The notes under the pieces are model-generated. The model was given only the letters and a program-made list of their open reading frames with translations. It ran no database searches and was not told where the DNA came from. Source: the human T2T-CHM13v2.0 reference genome, Homo sapiens. Taken from it: a stretch of 64,000 nt of DNA. The translations under genes and the position numbers were made by a program. Positions 12,968-29,306 of this stretch are shown here, in pieces (positions within the stretch are counted from its first letter, which is position 1; each line of letters starts with the position of its first letter). The DNA is taken from the NCBI RefSeq assembly GCF_009914755.1, contig NC_060930.1, one strand, 5' to 3'.

Positions 12968-14862
12968 ATGTAGACTGTAACTGTCCTTGCAAGCTTTTCT
13001 TTAGTCTTTGGCACCAGGAAACAACCATTTCCTCAACAAAGTGTGTCATTAATAAAGCTGCTTAAAGGTTGAAGCTATACACAAAATGTTACAAATTTCT
13101 TTGCACTTCAAATGTGCAAACTTGTTTTCAAAGCCAATTGTAATTATTTCTACCCAGTTTTAAGTGAAGTGTCTGCCCCCTATTTGAGTTCTTGGTGGCA
13201 TCTAACGCCGTATCTATTAGTTTTGTTATAAGGATATCTGTAGCATACACACAATGCTGTGAAATATCTTCAGTTTAATAGTTTATGGTTTTCACTACTT
13301 ACGAGGAATGAGTGGGTACCAATGCAAACCAGTAGCCCTGAGCTAAGATGTGTGAGAGAAGGAATGTTAAAGCAGTAGCTTATAAAGAACAGTCAACTAT
13401 TTGGGAAGGAAACGCATGGGAGACAGGGAGAGCATTCTAAACTGATTTCACACATATAGTGCACCCCAGGAGGAACCATTTCAGGAAGTAACAATAATAT
13501 TATCAAATTAACTTTTCCCAGAATCATATATCCAGAGAAAAGAGACTGGTATACACACAGGCTAATTTTACAACAAAGAAGTCCTTTTCAAGTTACAGGT
13601 CTTTTTACAGCTTGGTGATGTCTCACCATGCCCATCTTCCTCAAAAATACATAGACACATATAGATGGTTATGAATATATTGGTTCATGAATGTCAAACT
13701 TAGGGGACACCTCTAGATTTTGAGGGCAAAAATTTGCTTACATAATAATAGCATAACTCAAAGTTCACTTTGTTTTCAAGTCTTAAGACATTAGACAATT
13801 TAATTTTTATGATATTAATAGGTATAAAGTTTAATTTTAAAAAGGAAAAAGAAACTAGCAATGTTATTGAATGTCTCAGTTACATTTTTTCCTACTACCC
13901 CATGGATTTCAAGGAATATACAGTACTGTGAAAATTCAATAATAATGACATTGTTAAGTTTTAGTATGGAATACTTTGAGCCCAGTGCCCATACTTCTCC
14001 ATGATACTCTGGAATTTAAAGGTGAATATTGAAGGCTATTTGCGAGAAGGTAGCAACTGTTTATCAGGAAACAAACAGCTTATTTAGAAAAAAAAAAAAA
14101 CATTAAACCCATAATATGATTTCTTTTTTGACAGCTGCCATTTCATAATATTCTTTACAAATAACTTACTCATCTACTTATTTCATTTTTTTGTCTTTCT
14201 TGCCACCACCAGGTACATGAAAGAGAAAGAAATATAGAATTCCAATACTGATGCAAGGGAGCTCATTTTTCATTTTGTCAAGGGGTTTCCTCCTTCCCAC
14301 AGCCATGATAGTATTTCCTGATGATTGTTCATTGCTATAAATTGAAAAAGAACAGCTTCCAAGTTTATCAATAATCCATTAAGGGTGTTCCAACAGAAGT
14401 TGAATTAAAGTTGAGTCCTTCCCCTATGCAAAAGAAAGATAGATTGCCCTTAGAAGCTTGAGTATAGGGAATGGAAGAAACAAAAAGAATTACTACTTTG
14501 TAATGCAGCTAACAAAGTAATTAGGAGAGAGGGAAGAGAATTGGGCCAAGGGCCAAGGCCTTTGGGCACTGTGTAAGCTGTCACTACAAGATCTGAGACC
14601 TAGGTGTACTGCTAAACCTCCTAGTAGTACCTACTAAACCTCCTCACACCTCCACCTTCCTTAGCATCAAGATGCTTATCATGGTACTCTATGCTTATCG
14701 TGGTACTCTATGCTTCTCTGAGGGGTTGGTGTTTTAAAAATGAAATGATATATACAAAAATACTTCGGAAGCAGTAGACTACAGCTTTGTTTGCTAAGAT
14801 GATCATACCTAATTTAGAGTTGTTACTCATTATGCTTTCCTGAATATTGTTTTCTTAGAATA

Positions 14863-15184
14863 AGAGAGAGCAAGCTCTCTGGTGTCTCTGCTTAAAAGGA
14901 CACCAATCCTATTGGACCATGGTCCCACCCTTATGATTTCATTTAACCTTAATTACTTCCTTAAAGGCCCTGTCTCCAAGTACAACCATATTAGGGGTTA
15001 GGCTTCAACATATGAATTTTGGAGAGACACAATGTAGTCCATAGCATCAAGGATAATCTCTCATCTCAAGATACTCAATTTAAGCACATCTGCAAACACT
15101 CTTTTTCCAAATATTGTAATGTGTATAGGCTCCAGGGATTAAGATGTGGATGTCTTTTGGTGGACTATTTTTCAGCCTACCACA
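14863..15184 (-). mobile_element. MLT1A-like LTR fragment abutting a second MLT1 (D/E-like) fragment
   Basis: cccacccttatgatttcatttaaccttaattac...gtccatagca then ggataatctc...cagcctaccaca. Confidence 0.75.
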
Positions 15185-15356
15185 CCAAGGAAGTAAAGTG
15201 AATTGCTAGAGTTACTCATATATGCTCATGGGTGCTCAAACATGATTTGTGCCAATGCAGAGTAGTTGCTCAAAATTGATAAACAATGTAAACAGAATAG
15301 AAAATTATGAGGATTCCTGTGACTTATGTAATTATGCATTATTAAAAATATCTCAC

Positions 15357-15531
15357 TTGGGAAGCTGAGGCAGGACTGCTTGAGAACAAGAGTTTGAGGC
15401 TATAGTGTGTGATGATCTCACTTGTGAATAGCCACTGCATTCCAGCTTGGGCAACATAGTAAGACTTCATCTCTTAAAAAAAAAAAAAAGAAGAAGAAAA
15501 GAAAAGAAGAAGAAAGAAAGAAGGAAAAGAA
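15357..15531 (+). mobile_element. FAM-like fossil Alu monomer with A/G-rich tail
   Basis: 7SL-type gtgaatagccactgcattccagcttgggcaacatag, then poly-A and GAAA repeats. Confidence 0.75.
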
Positions 15532-16119
15532 ATCTTGAAATAAACAGGTCCAAACATGGAGTCTATAAGCCAGAGGTTGATTATTTGCACTGATGAAAAT
15601 GCCTTCTATTCCAGATGGGTTGATTGTTCTGTTCTTTTTTTAAATAGCCAGTTCCATAAATGCATTTGCAATTCAAATTGATTTGTGGTGAACTTTTCAG
15701 AAAGGCATCTGAGGAAGATTTTTATACCAATCTTGGCTTTAGAATTTACTCTTCGTGATGTAAGGATAACAATCACTGACATTTGTTTAACATTTAGTAT
15801 GTGGCAAGCACTATACCAAGAGTTTTATATCTCATCTCATTCGATGCTCACAATGATTTCATATAGCAGGTGCTATTATTGTCCTTAGTTAACTGATGAG
15901 TGGCCTGAGGCTTGGAGATGTAGGGAACTTGTCCAAGACACAGCAAGGAAGAGGCAAACAGGCATGTAAATCCCATGATTTTGATTCTAGAGCTCATATC
16001 ATGAAACACCACTTGATATTCCCTGAAAAATATCATTAAACATTGCACTTCTAAAACTTACACAGAGAGAAATTGTTACAAGTTTACATCACAGTCAAAG
16101 ATCTTTAGTGTCACAGATT

Positions 16120-16154
16120 GTCATTATATTAGCAGAGAAACAGAATCAACAGGA

Positions 16155-16201
<47 letters not shown>

Positions 16202-16559
16202 CAGAGAGAAAGAGAGATTGATTGATTTTAAGGAATTGATTCAGGCCATTGAGGGCTGACAAGTCCAAAATCTACAAGGAAGACCCAGCGGGATAGAAAT
16301 CCAGGAAAAAAGTTGTCTGAAGGCAATCTGGAGGTACAGTTTCCTCTTCCTGGGGGGCCCTCAGTCTTTTTTTTCAAGACCTTCAACTGATTGGGTGAGG
16401 CTCACCCCACCCACATTATGGAAAGTGATCTGTTTTACTCAAAGTCTACTGACTTAAATGTCAATCTCATTTTTAAAATACCTTCACAGAAACATCTGTT
16501 TTGTCCAATACCTAGGTACTGTGTCCCAGCCAAGTTGACTCATAAAATTAACCATCACA
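16120..16559 (-). mobile_element. MLT2 (C/D-like) 3' LTR of an ERVL remnant, containing a (GT)n at ~16156-16200
   Basis: cagagaaacagaatcaacagga...aagttgactcataaaattaaccatcaca; minus-strand polypurine tract aaaagggatggact directly adjacent. Confidence 0.8.
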
Positions 16560-17480
16560 AGTCCATCCCTTTTCAACTTGGCATCAATTTCACATGTCTT
16601 TTAAATAATACTTAATATCTAAATAAAGACAATAATAATAAGGTGCTATTTTTGCCTAACATGATATGACTATCCTGCATACAATTAGAAAACACACTAA
16701 CCCTTGCCTTACAAGCAGATGCAAAGTCCTTAGATGATGATGTTCACCCTTTTCCTTCATATCCTTTAATATTATGATATAAAGTCAATATTATATAATG
16801 TTATCTTGTGTTATATAATAAAGAGACAAGGGTAGGAAGAAAACAAATATATTTGCTATATATACACACACAGAAGTGTGTTCATAACAAGGAAGAACTA
16901 TTTATGACAATTACGGTCCTCGTTTCTGTAACTGGTCACATGGTTGCAGCTGGTATGTTCTTCCACTGTGGTTTCTGTATTCCCTGGTCATGGTTATTTA
17001 CCTCGTGGAGTGACTCTAAACCTTCATTTCTGAAGGGTCAAGTACACTAATAGTACTGCCTGGATTGATTTATTGTAGTTTCTATTGACTTTTATCATAG
17101 GTCATGATAATCCTAAGAGATGCCCTAAAGGACCTCCTCCTGTATGCCAGACAGGCTCTTCCTTACTTCCCTGGTAAAGTAATAGTCCAGTTTCCCCTCG
17201 GTAATTAAGTTCAGCCACACAGCCAGAACTAAACTCCCTTCTTTGCCTATTGTTTCAGAAGCATGAGGAGCCCAAAATGGCCAGGTGGCAGCCTTAACTT
17301 TCAGTGCATGGAACCTTTGTTCTGTCTTCCGGCAGAAGCGTTCTTCTCTCTGACCTTAAATTTTTAAGATCAACAGAGCAAAGGTTGCAGTGACAGGAAG
17401 CATAAATTTTGCTAGTGGCTAACAGGGCTAATAGAAAATGATGACATTTCCATTTCCACCCCTTGATTCCATTGTAATGG
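16560..17480 (-). mobile_element. ERVL internal 3' region with decayed dUTPase-like domain
   Basis: Minus translation around 17070-17350: KLRLPPGHFGLLMLLKQ*AKKGV...NYRGETGLLLYQGSKEE...GPLGHLL, with stops/frameshifts. Confidence 0.75.
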
Positions 17481-18789
17481 GGCAGAAGTCTCTGGGATCT
17501 GTTGAGCTGCTACACTACCACTTCTACAAACTCAGTATTTTTCCCTGGCTTTAAAATTCAGTCTCTTACAAAATTGCTGTAGCCCAGCATGTACCTCTGT
17601 GTTTTGCAGAGGGAAAGTAGATGTCTTGTGATGCAAAAGTCCAAACGGAATGAAGGCCACTGCTCAGTGTGCCTCCCACACAAATGTAATGTCTTTTTGA
17701 CTACTGATAATAAGAACGATGCATGGGAAGGTGACATAAATGAGCCATTGAATGGCCTTTGTTGTAACTGAGCCTATAATTAAACATTCCCACAGAGTAA
17801 GCCCCTCTGTTCCACTTCTGGCTTGGCTATTACGGCCTCTCTTTTTTATTGGAATGCAGAAAATAGAAATCTGTGTGAACAAGGATTTCTATCAGTTCAT
17901 CAGACCAAGTGAAACTGTCTGTTTGTCATATAGAAGATAATGGCAGAAATCCATTTTTAGCTCCCGATTGCTGTATTCATGTGTGAAATTACCCACAGGG
18001 GAAGATATTTGCCTATAAAAGAGCTCTTATTGGCCTTAGATGTGATTGGCTGCACAAATTATACTGCCAAATGAATTGGTTTTGCAAACTAAACAGAAGG
18101 CCTCATAAACCAAACTGGGATAGCAGCTCAGAGCACAGCCTTGCCCTGGGTGATAGTGTAGGCACACAGAGGCCAAGGGCCATGGTTGCTACTTCTCTTT
18201 GCTTTAACAACACAATGCTTGGAGAATAAATCATTTCCCAAGTATTTAAATCTTAGCAATGATTTGGTTTTCTGATACGAATACAGAATCCATTTGGCAT
18301 TCTGACTAAGGCACTCGTTTGTTTATTTTTGTCTTGATTAAATTAACATGAATTGAGATTCAAATTCTCAAATTGGAGAAAGAAGGAGAGGCAGGGGTTT
18401 GTGGGGGTCATTATTCTTACTCTCTAAAGACAACTGATTTTGGTATTTGTCAGTAGATTCTGTAGCTTTCCCATGTTTAATATTTTGCATTGAATGACCT
18501 AGAAGAGCAAAATATCACAATATTTAACCAGAAAGATTTAGTCCTTTTTTTTTCCTAACAGAAAAGGAAATAAGGAAAAAAAGAAAAAGAGGAGAAATAA
18601 GGGACATGAGAAAGGAGACAGAGCAATAATTGAGGAGTTTGAAAGTATCTGAAAAAGCTCTGGTCTCTTCTGGCAATTTATTTCCAGTTCAGTAAACTCA
18701 GAAGCCGAACTTTTGCATTTTTAATGCACTTCATAATAATAAAAATGATCTTGTTGGTCTAGTGCAGAGCCAAAATTAGGAGGTCAGGC

Positions 18790-19120
18790 ATCAACTTGTT
18801 TGTGTTCGTTTTTCCATGGAGCCAGGTTCGTCTAGTTGTCTTGGCCTGAATAGCAATTGGCTCGGGCCCAGTGGCAATAGATCAGGACCTGGCAGAGCTT
18901 TTCGTCCCAGGGTCTTACCGTTACAGGCCACAGCTTACAGCACGCTCAGCACTAACCAACATCCTTTCGTCCTGCACCAAGCAATTGTACCCAAGCTCCA
19001 GGTATGATCCTCAGCCCTCTGAGAAGCACAGGACTGCCAAGAGTTGAGCTGTATTGTCAATGCTGAATTGTCCTCTCCCTCCCTATAAGGACACGCAGAG
19101 GGTTGGCTTCATTTCTTCGA
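18790..19120 (+). mobile_element. Possible highly diverged LF-SINE-like element
   Basis: Patchy similarity to the recalled LF-SINE core (cagcactaaccaacatcctt; aggactg...gctgaattgtcctctccctccctataagg; agggttggcttcatt); CpG above background. Confidence 0.3.
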
Positions 19121-20275
19121 AGACAGTTGCCGAAAGGTCCACCCTTTAATTCACATATAAAGTGGGACTCCCCTTTTAGTTATTCTTCACTATAGCAGCA
19201 TTACATTGAATGAATGATTTACTCTTAATTCACGTTACTTTCATTTAGTCACTGATGGATCTTTAAAACTACTCTGGTACCCAGGACTGCCAAACTGGTA
19301 ATCTTCTTCCAATTTAAACAGAATTGGGCTCATTTATTCCTTCTTGATCTAGAAGTTATGGTTAGCGTGCAAGTTGATTTATTTTCATGTGTGCGTTTTA
19401 TTTCACAGAGTAGGGAAGTAAAGGACACTTTGTCTTACATGGCAAAGAATAAGCAGTACAGTTTTCACAAACTTAATTAAAAGTCTCATTTTTCCCAGGA
19501 ATAATGTGCCTGTTGAAATTAACAGACCAGTCGCTCTACATGGAAATTCTCCCTACTAGCTCCGAAACCCACATTTTCTGGGCTGTGCTACATAACCTTG
19601 AGAATGGCCAATCACTGCCAGGTATTTTCCTGCTTACCCATGGTTGCATTGATTTTGAAGCAACTGTTAAATTTGCAGATTCCAAGACTCTACCCTTATA
19701 GATGTTTTCTGCCAAAGAGTTAAAAATATGGGAAAGTTTAATTACATCTGTGTCTTTTTAAAATAAACTGAATAACAACTAGAAAGGACATGGTTATTAT
19801 GGTCACCTGATGGCCACATATCCTTCATATATGCGAAATACCTTTTCATCAGAAGTCATGTCTAATAACACTTAGAAATATCCTTGTATTCATTTCTGTG
19901 CAGCCCCTTATGCAGTTCATGGACCAGTTTCAACTCTTGCCATTATCATGTTTCCAAGTAGTACATCTGTTTCAATGGCAGGCTTATATCCAATAGAGCC
20001 CCAAAAGGTAACATGTCTTTTGAAGTTTAACAATAATAGCACCCTTGAGCTACGGTGTGAAATATTTGGTGTTTGCTTCCTCCACTCATCATAGATAGCC
20101 TTGGGAACATCTGAGGGCTTGAAAGCATTGGCCTTAGCTCATGTGTGGTACATGAGAAGCCATCAGGGGCAGTGTTCTCTCAGGCTACTCACAGTGCTCA
20201 AGGAAAACAAGCATTCATTATACGAATGCAATTTCAGAAGGCAGATGGTATCAGGTCACCAGAAGGGGCCTGTAG

Positions 20276-20276
<1 letters not shown>

Positions 20277-20315
<39 letters not shown>

Positions 20316-20447
20316 GTGTATTTTTTTTTAAGAGACAGCTTACCCAGGTGTAGTGTAGTGGCAGGACCATAGCTCACTGCAGCCTCAAACTCCTGCCTCA
20401 GCCTCCTGAGTAGCTAGGACTACAGGCATGCATTACCACACCAGGCT
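20277..20447 (-). mobile_element. (GT)n microsatellite (~20277-20319) fused to an antisense FRAM/AluJ right-arm fragment
   Basis: catagctcactgcagcctcaaactcctgcctcagcctcctgagtagctaggactacagg. Confidence 0.85.
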
Positions 20448-22614
20448 AGGAGCCTTTAAAAGCTGTATTACACAGAGACATATGCTTAAAGGGACTCTTT
20501 AAGGTACACTTCCCAGGGAAAAAGGAAAAAACCAGGCCCACCATATAGAAGTACTTGGTACATGCATTCAATAAAAGTAGAGCTGAAACCCAGAGTCCAC
20601 TTTGTGCCTCTCTAGGGATCACCCATGTTCTCCTCTGCTGACCTCTGCCATGTTTTCAGTCAAGCTAGAAAAAGAAAGTTGCCCTTGAAGCATTGCCCTC
20701 TTCTTCACATAGTCTAGTTGATGTATTTATAAATGTACTTTGAAATGACTTTCAAACCACATGGTTTTCTACTTGTATAGATTTAAGTCCATTGAAGTCA
20801 TTAGTTTGTTAAAATTCAACTTAGAAGTTAAATGCCAAAAATAAAATGAAAATTTGGTCTGTGATGTGCTGAATGCCACATCAACCAAATAGCAATCAAA
20901 CTGACAGGCCAGCTTTCTAAGAGCTAGGTTTAACTCTGTCTGGAAGTTAAAGAGCTTTGTACAGGCTTATTATCCATCCTCCAAGCCACCTCGTCCTGTA
21001 TAATAGCTTGTGTCTCAGTCAGATTGTTTTAAGCAGCACTCGGGGATTTTCATTATGTGCAGTGAGTGCCTTCTGACCTGTGTTCTCAAAGAGATTCATG
21101 AAGGTAGAAAAAGACAGCAGCAAAGTAAGCAGTGTCTGCAGTATGATCCTGTTAATATAGGATGTATCCTTTCTCAGATTCTTAGAGCTTCCAGTTAGAT
21201 AAAATGCAGGAAAAACTATGTCTGCGGCACAGAACAAACAGCATATTCTGATGGCTACAGTTTGCAAAGGAGAAGACCTCCAAGTACACTTTGGACAGCA
21301 AGCAGCCCCTGCTCTCCAATGGAGACAGCCACCTTCTGCCTGAGCTTCCCTTACCTGTAACTCAGAGACAGCTTTCAGTCCTCATATAGCATTCCAGAGA
21401 AGTTCCTGATGTCTTTCCTTGGGGAGATAGAAATAAGTATTTCTTTGCAGTTAGTAAGTAGCCTAGATTGTACAATACTTTTGTCTGGTTGATTGGTTTT
21501 TTAAATGAATGTTCTACAAGATAAGTGCACCATCCAGAATAGGGGATCATTCTATTAGCCCTGATTCAATTTTCTTTTTCTTAATTAAACTAAAAAGAAG
21601 GAAAAATAAAACTTTTTTTACTTTTTTTTTAAAAAAATAAAACCTTTCTGTCAACATTTATAACATTCAGCATTTATCCTGATTAATCATAATGCTTGCT
21701 TGACTGCTGTCTTTTTGGACTTGTATTTAAAATGAAAACTTTCTCTACCATTTATTAATAAAGCCTCTTGGGTGACTTCCAAGATACTTCCACCATATAA
21801 AATCCCATGCTATCTATCTTTGGAGCTATTTTTTGACTGAATTCCATATGAATTAAATAGAAGTGCATTAAAAATAAACTATGTGTTATTATGCTAAAGC
21901 TGTGTCCCAAGAAAACAATTCTGTAAGGAATTTCTCGCTCAACCTGATGGTTCCATGTCCAAAAAAGGGATGATCCTTTAAGCAGTACATTACAATAGCG
22001 AGGGCATTAGATTTACAAAATTTAACAGTATATTCTTTGTCATATTGATCAAGTCTAAAATCATAAATGGAGAGGAATCCAATCCTTCTACCTGGATACT
22101 CTGTATCCAATCCTTTCCTGTCTCTACCACTACATTATTTCAATTGCCAAATCCTGCCCACCCCAAGTTTATGACATCTCCAATGCCAATCCACTGATCA
22201 GCAGCCCTGAGTCTTCTATCCAGACTCTAGCTTTCTTCATTGTCTCTTCCAATTCATTGTCCTATCATACTCCTCTGAATGACCCCAGGTTTGAAGATGA
22301 TTTTTGGAGTCAATGATTGTAGATTCATACTATGACTTCCTTCTTAATGGGTTTTTGTTGAGCATTTTATGTAGTAGAAAGGCACTGCATTATCTAGTTT
22401 AAAGCTAAAAAGTTTGAACTACTCCACTGGTACAGGCTGATTTTTTATTATGTTTCTTTCTTTAGTCTGAAACTTCCCCATTATTCATTCAAGATAAAAA
22501 AAAAATAGCAGATAATACTTAGTAGATGTCTACATGGTGCCAGGCTCTGTACTTGACATTGGTCAGACAAAACACAACCTCATAATCAGGAGACTATTGA
22601 AAAAAGACAATTTA

Positions 22615-22922
22615 GGCCAGGCGCGATGGCCCACGCCTGTAATCCTAACACTTTGGGAGGCCAAGGCAGGTGGATGGCTTAAGCCCAAGAATTCGAGACC
22701 AGCCTGAGCAACATGGCAAAATTCTTGTCTCTACAAAAAATACAAAAATTAGCCACGCATGGTGGCAGGCGCCTGTAGTTCCAGCTACTTGGGAAGCTGA
22801 GGTGGGAGGATCACATGATTCTGGAAGATTGATGCTGCGGTAAACCATGATTGTGCCACTGCATCCAGCCTAGGGTGACAGAGGTGAAACCCTGTCTCAA
22901 GAAAAAAAAGAAAAAAAGAAAA
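22615..22922 (+). mobile_element. AluJ
   Basis: Full sense Alu dimer with A-rich tail. Confidence 0.9.
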
Positions 22923-22999
22923 TGTAATCAATGACTATATCAGATTATTATAAAATATATCAGTATTACTATGATAAAATAAGTGCTATAGTAATAACA

Positions 23000-23230
23000 A
23001 AAACAATAATAAGAATGAAGCTAATGTGAATTGAATGTTTACAGCAAGATAGGAACTATAAGTGTTCTACATGCCTTATCTAATTTAATATTTTAACCAC
23101 CCTATAGTAGGTGTGCTTTACTGAGAAGGAAGCCTGGACCTGGAAAGGTTAAGAAATGTGTCCAGAATTGCAGCTAGAATGTGGCAGAGCTGAGATTTGA
23201 AGCCAGCTTGGTGGTTAGAATGCAGTGATA
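23000..23230 (-). mobile_element. MIR
   Basis: gagaaggaagcctgg...aggttaagaaatgtgtcc...gtggcagagctgagatttga. Confidence 0.6.
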
Positions 23231-24099
23231 ACTATAAAGCGCTCATTCTTCATCTCTCTACCTCCATATGCTGTAGTAGAGGCAGGTTCACACCTAAGAT
23301 GCTTTGCTTGAAACTAGAGACGTATGGGTGGAGTTTTGAAAGTGAAAGTAATTAATAAAATATTTGAAATGATGGTAATGTTAGGAACAGACCTATTTCA
23401 TTCACCGAAGTTTAAGGTAAAGGGTGAAGCTCCTGAATGTAGAATTTCAGGAAGCAAGTTTGAGTGTAAATAGGTTTTCTGAGATCATACACAACTGTAC
23501 TGTTAGTGGTCTTCTTTTTATACCATTTTATTTTACAAATTTATGAATCAAAGAATGAGGCACATTCATTTTCATTGGGAAAAGTGAATTATGTCAAGTT
23601 AATTAAGTGAAGCTGTTACAAGCTGAGTCTAGTACATAAATCCATCTGAAGTAGGGTTATCATATGGTTTCAATGTGAAAAATAAAGGAATTGAGGGACA
23701 GGGTGTGGAGTGCTCTAGAAAGAAAATCAGAAAAGCATCTTTAGTCTTAGCTCCCTCACTACTGCAAAAAGAAAGAAAGAAAAAAACGCTGTAGCAGGGA
23801 CGTTTAGCCGCAGGGATACCTTTTTTTATGAGCCATTTTCAAGACTCCCTTTCCTATTATTGAACTACAGTTAGAGCCATCTTTTAGCTTTGTACTATAG
23901 CCTTGTAACTTACTTCATAGAATCTCTGGGTCATTTTCCTGTTTTCCTTTCTTCCAACTTCCAATTAATTTTTGTCTTTTTAGCAGTTTTTAGTTCTTTC
24001 AGTATTAGCATTAAGGACAATAAAATTGATCCTTTTTTCCCCATGGACGCAGGATGTGGTCAAGACTGGGATATTAACTATTGACTGAAATGAGATTTG

Positions 24100-24295
24100 G
24101 CATGCTGTAAGTGCATTGTGTTGTTTTTGTCTATCTGTACCTGTTCGGCCACTGAGACAATTAAGTCCTAAATGGTAGGCATCAACATATTTTTCATTTC
24201 TCTTTCTCCAGTGCATAGTTCAATGTCTGATATAGAGAAGGCATATAAGAAACTATTCATTTAGTGAAGGAGTGAATGAAGGAATGAATGAACGA
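24100..24295 (+). mobile_element. L2 3' end
   Basis: tctccagtgcatag...atgtctga...(tgaa)n tail. Confidence 0.55.
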
Positions 24296-25134
24296 AACAC
24301 CAGAAATGGCAATACTCATATTGTTACCATACTCTTTCCCCAGTAACTACTGAAGTAACTACTTCCAGTGTAACTATTCAAGAAGGTCCAGGAGTCATAA
24401 TTTTCCAAAAACATATGTAAATTCTTGCGACTTGTGTAAACCAGTATTTTCTCTCCCTCTCCCCGCAAACTCTATGAATTGTCAAGCAAGTAGATTAGGA
24501 AGCAGAATGTTGTATATACAGTCCTGCTTGGTTTTGTTTACAGATTAGTGGGGCAGGAATGGAATGTTGTACTATTTCTTTCTGTTCAAGGATAATCTAA
24601 TCTTGCAAAGATATTTACCAAAGTCAGTAACAATTCCTCTTAGGAAGACAAATAGTGTCTGAATTGGATTAAGGTGAAATGAGAGTGCCCTGATGCAGCT
24701 GTCAGTGAGCGGTTCATTGTTTATGGCTTCATTACAACCCTAAAGGGGATATCTGTATTTCTCTAGGTTTAATGAAGCCACAAACAACCAACTTTTTATT
24801 GACTGATACTGGAGATTTTTTGCTTTTAACTTGATGCATTTTAATTTGTGCTTAACTAGTTCTCGCACCATACCAGATCCTCAGATTGGCACTTTAGAGA
24901 TGATTAGCTAAGTGTTCCTCTGTGTTAGCCACAGGGTCTAGGAAAGATAAGGAGAATCAATAGGACCAAGCCAGTTTATGATGAGAAAATTCATTCTCCA
25001 TCAACGGTGTTGGCCAACTCATCATGCTGCCTGTTCTGAGAAGAAGCAGCTCTGCTCATGTTTCTGTGTGCCTCATTAATGTGTCAGTGGTTCTGCCCTG
25101 GCTGTCAAATGACTTTACTGTTGTGTTTTTTTAG

Positions 25135-25359
25135 TTTTCAGGACTTTATCTCCTGTCTTTCTTCACCATCCTCATTGGGCTGGTGCTCTACTCCTCCACC
25201 TCCACCTACATAGCCCAGGACCCCCGAGTGTATAAGCAGTTCCGCAATCCTTCAGGACCTGTTGTGGACTTACCGACCACAGCTCAGGTGGAACCCTCAG
25301 TCACCTACACCAGCCTGGGCCAGGAGACCGAAGAGGAGCCTCATGTTCGTGTGGCCTAG
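25135..25359 (+). CDS. SLC35F1: Terminal coding exon of solute carrier family 35 member F1 (last TM helix plus cytosolic C-tail, 74 aa + stop)
   Basis: Acceptor ttgtgtttttttag|TTTTCAGGA; phase-0 translation FSGLYLLSFFTILIGLVLYSSTSTYIAQDPRVYKQFRNPSGPVVDLPTTAQVEPSVTYTSLGQETEEEPHVRVA-TAG(25357-25359), recognised as the SLC35F1 C-terminus; absent from the ORF track because an internal/terminal exon has no start codon. Confidence 0.95.
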   Translation, partial: FSGLYLLSFFTILIGLVLYSSTSTYIAQDPRVYKQFRNPSGPVVDLPTTAQVEPSVTYTSLGQETEEEPHVRVA

Positions 25360-28780
<3,421 letters not shown>

Positions 28781-29251
28781 AATTCTTGGTTTTCTTTTGT
28801 GTTTGTCTGCACTATGACAACCGTGGAAGCAGCTCCCTTGGGATACTAGAAATAGCAACAAAAGTAGATGGCTGGGTACATGTCGAAATAAAAACCAGAA
28901 AGAAAATATTTCCAAATTAGGAAGGGCACAATTGGTCTCAGAAGTATAGTTTCAAAAGCCAAATTAAACATGTTCATAGTTTGCAAAGTTAATTATTTAT
29001 CTGGGTACATAAGAACACTCTGGGGCTTCAAGCCCACATTTAAAACACATGTAAGACAATATAAATTTACCCCCAAGGAAAAGTTTCTCATAAAGAAGAA
29101 AGTTCTGTGTATGCTGGCCTTGGCACACAACAGACTTAACGGATGAGCATTCTTCCAGAGTGCAATGTTTATAAAGCAGAGATTGCTCAGATTTCTGCTC
29201 AGAACTTACACAGCATCTTATAATCATCCCTCCTCTACTAACTGCTGTCAC

Positions 29252-29306
29252 TCCCCATAAGTACCTAGATTATAAATCTATCCCCATAAGTACCTAGATT
29301 ATAAAT
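29252..29306. repeat. Tandem duplication of 26 bp (period 29)
   Basis: tccccataagtacctagattataaat at 29252 and 29281, separated by cta. Confidence 0.9.

Noticed and set aside
14672-14716. 19-bp tandem duplication atgcttatc(a/g)tggtactct
   Set aside because: Ordinary slippage duplication in decayed MIR-like sequence
25135-25141. Alternative acceptor TTTTCAG 7 nt downstream of the main AG
   Set aside because: It would frameshift the last TM helix; the first AG after the pyrimidine tract is normally used; no evidence available from sequence alone
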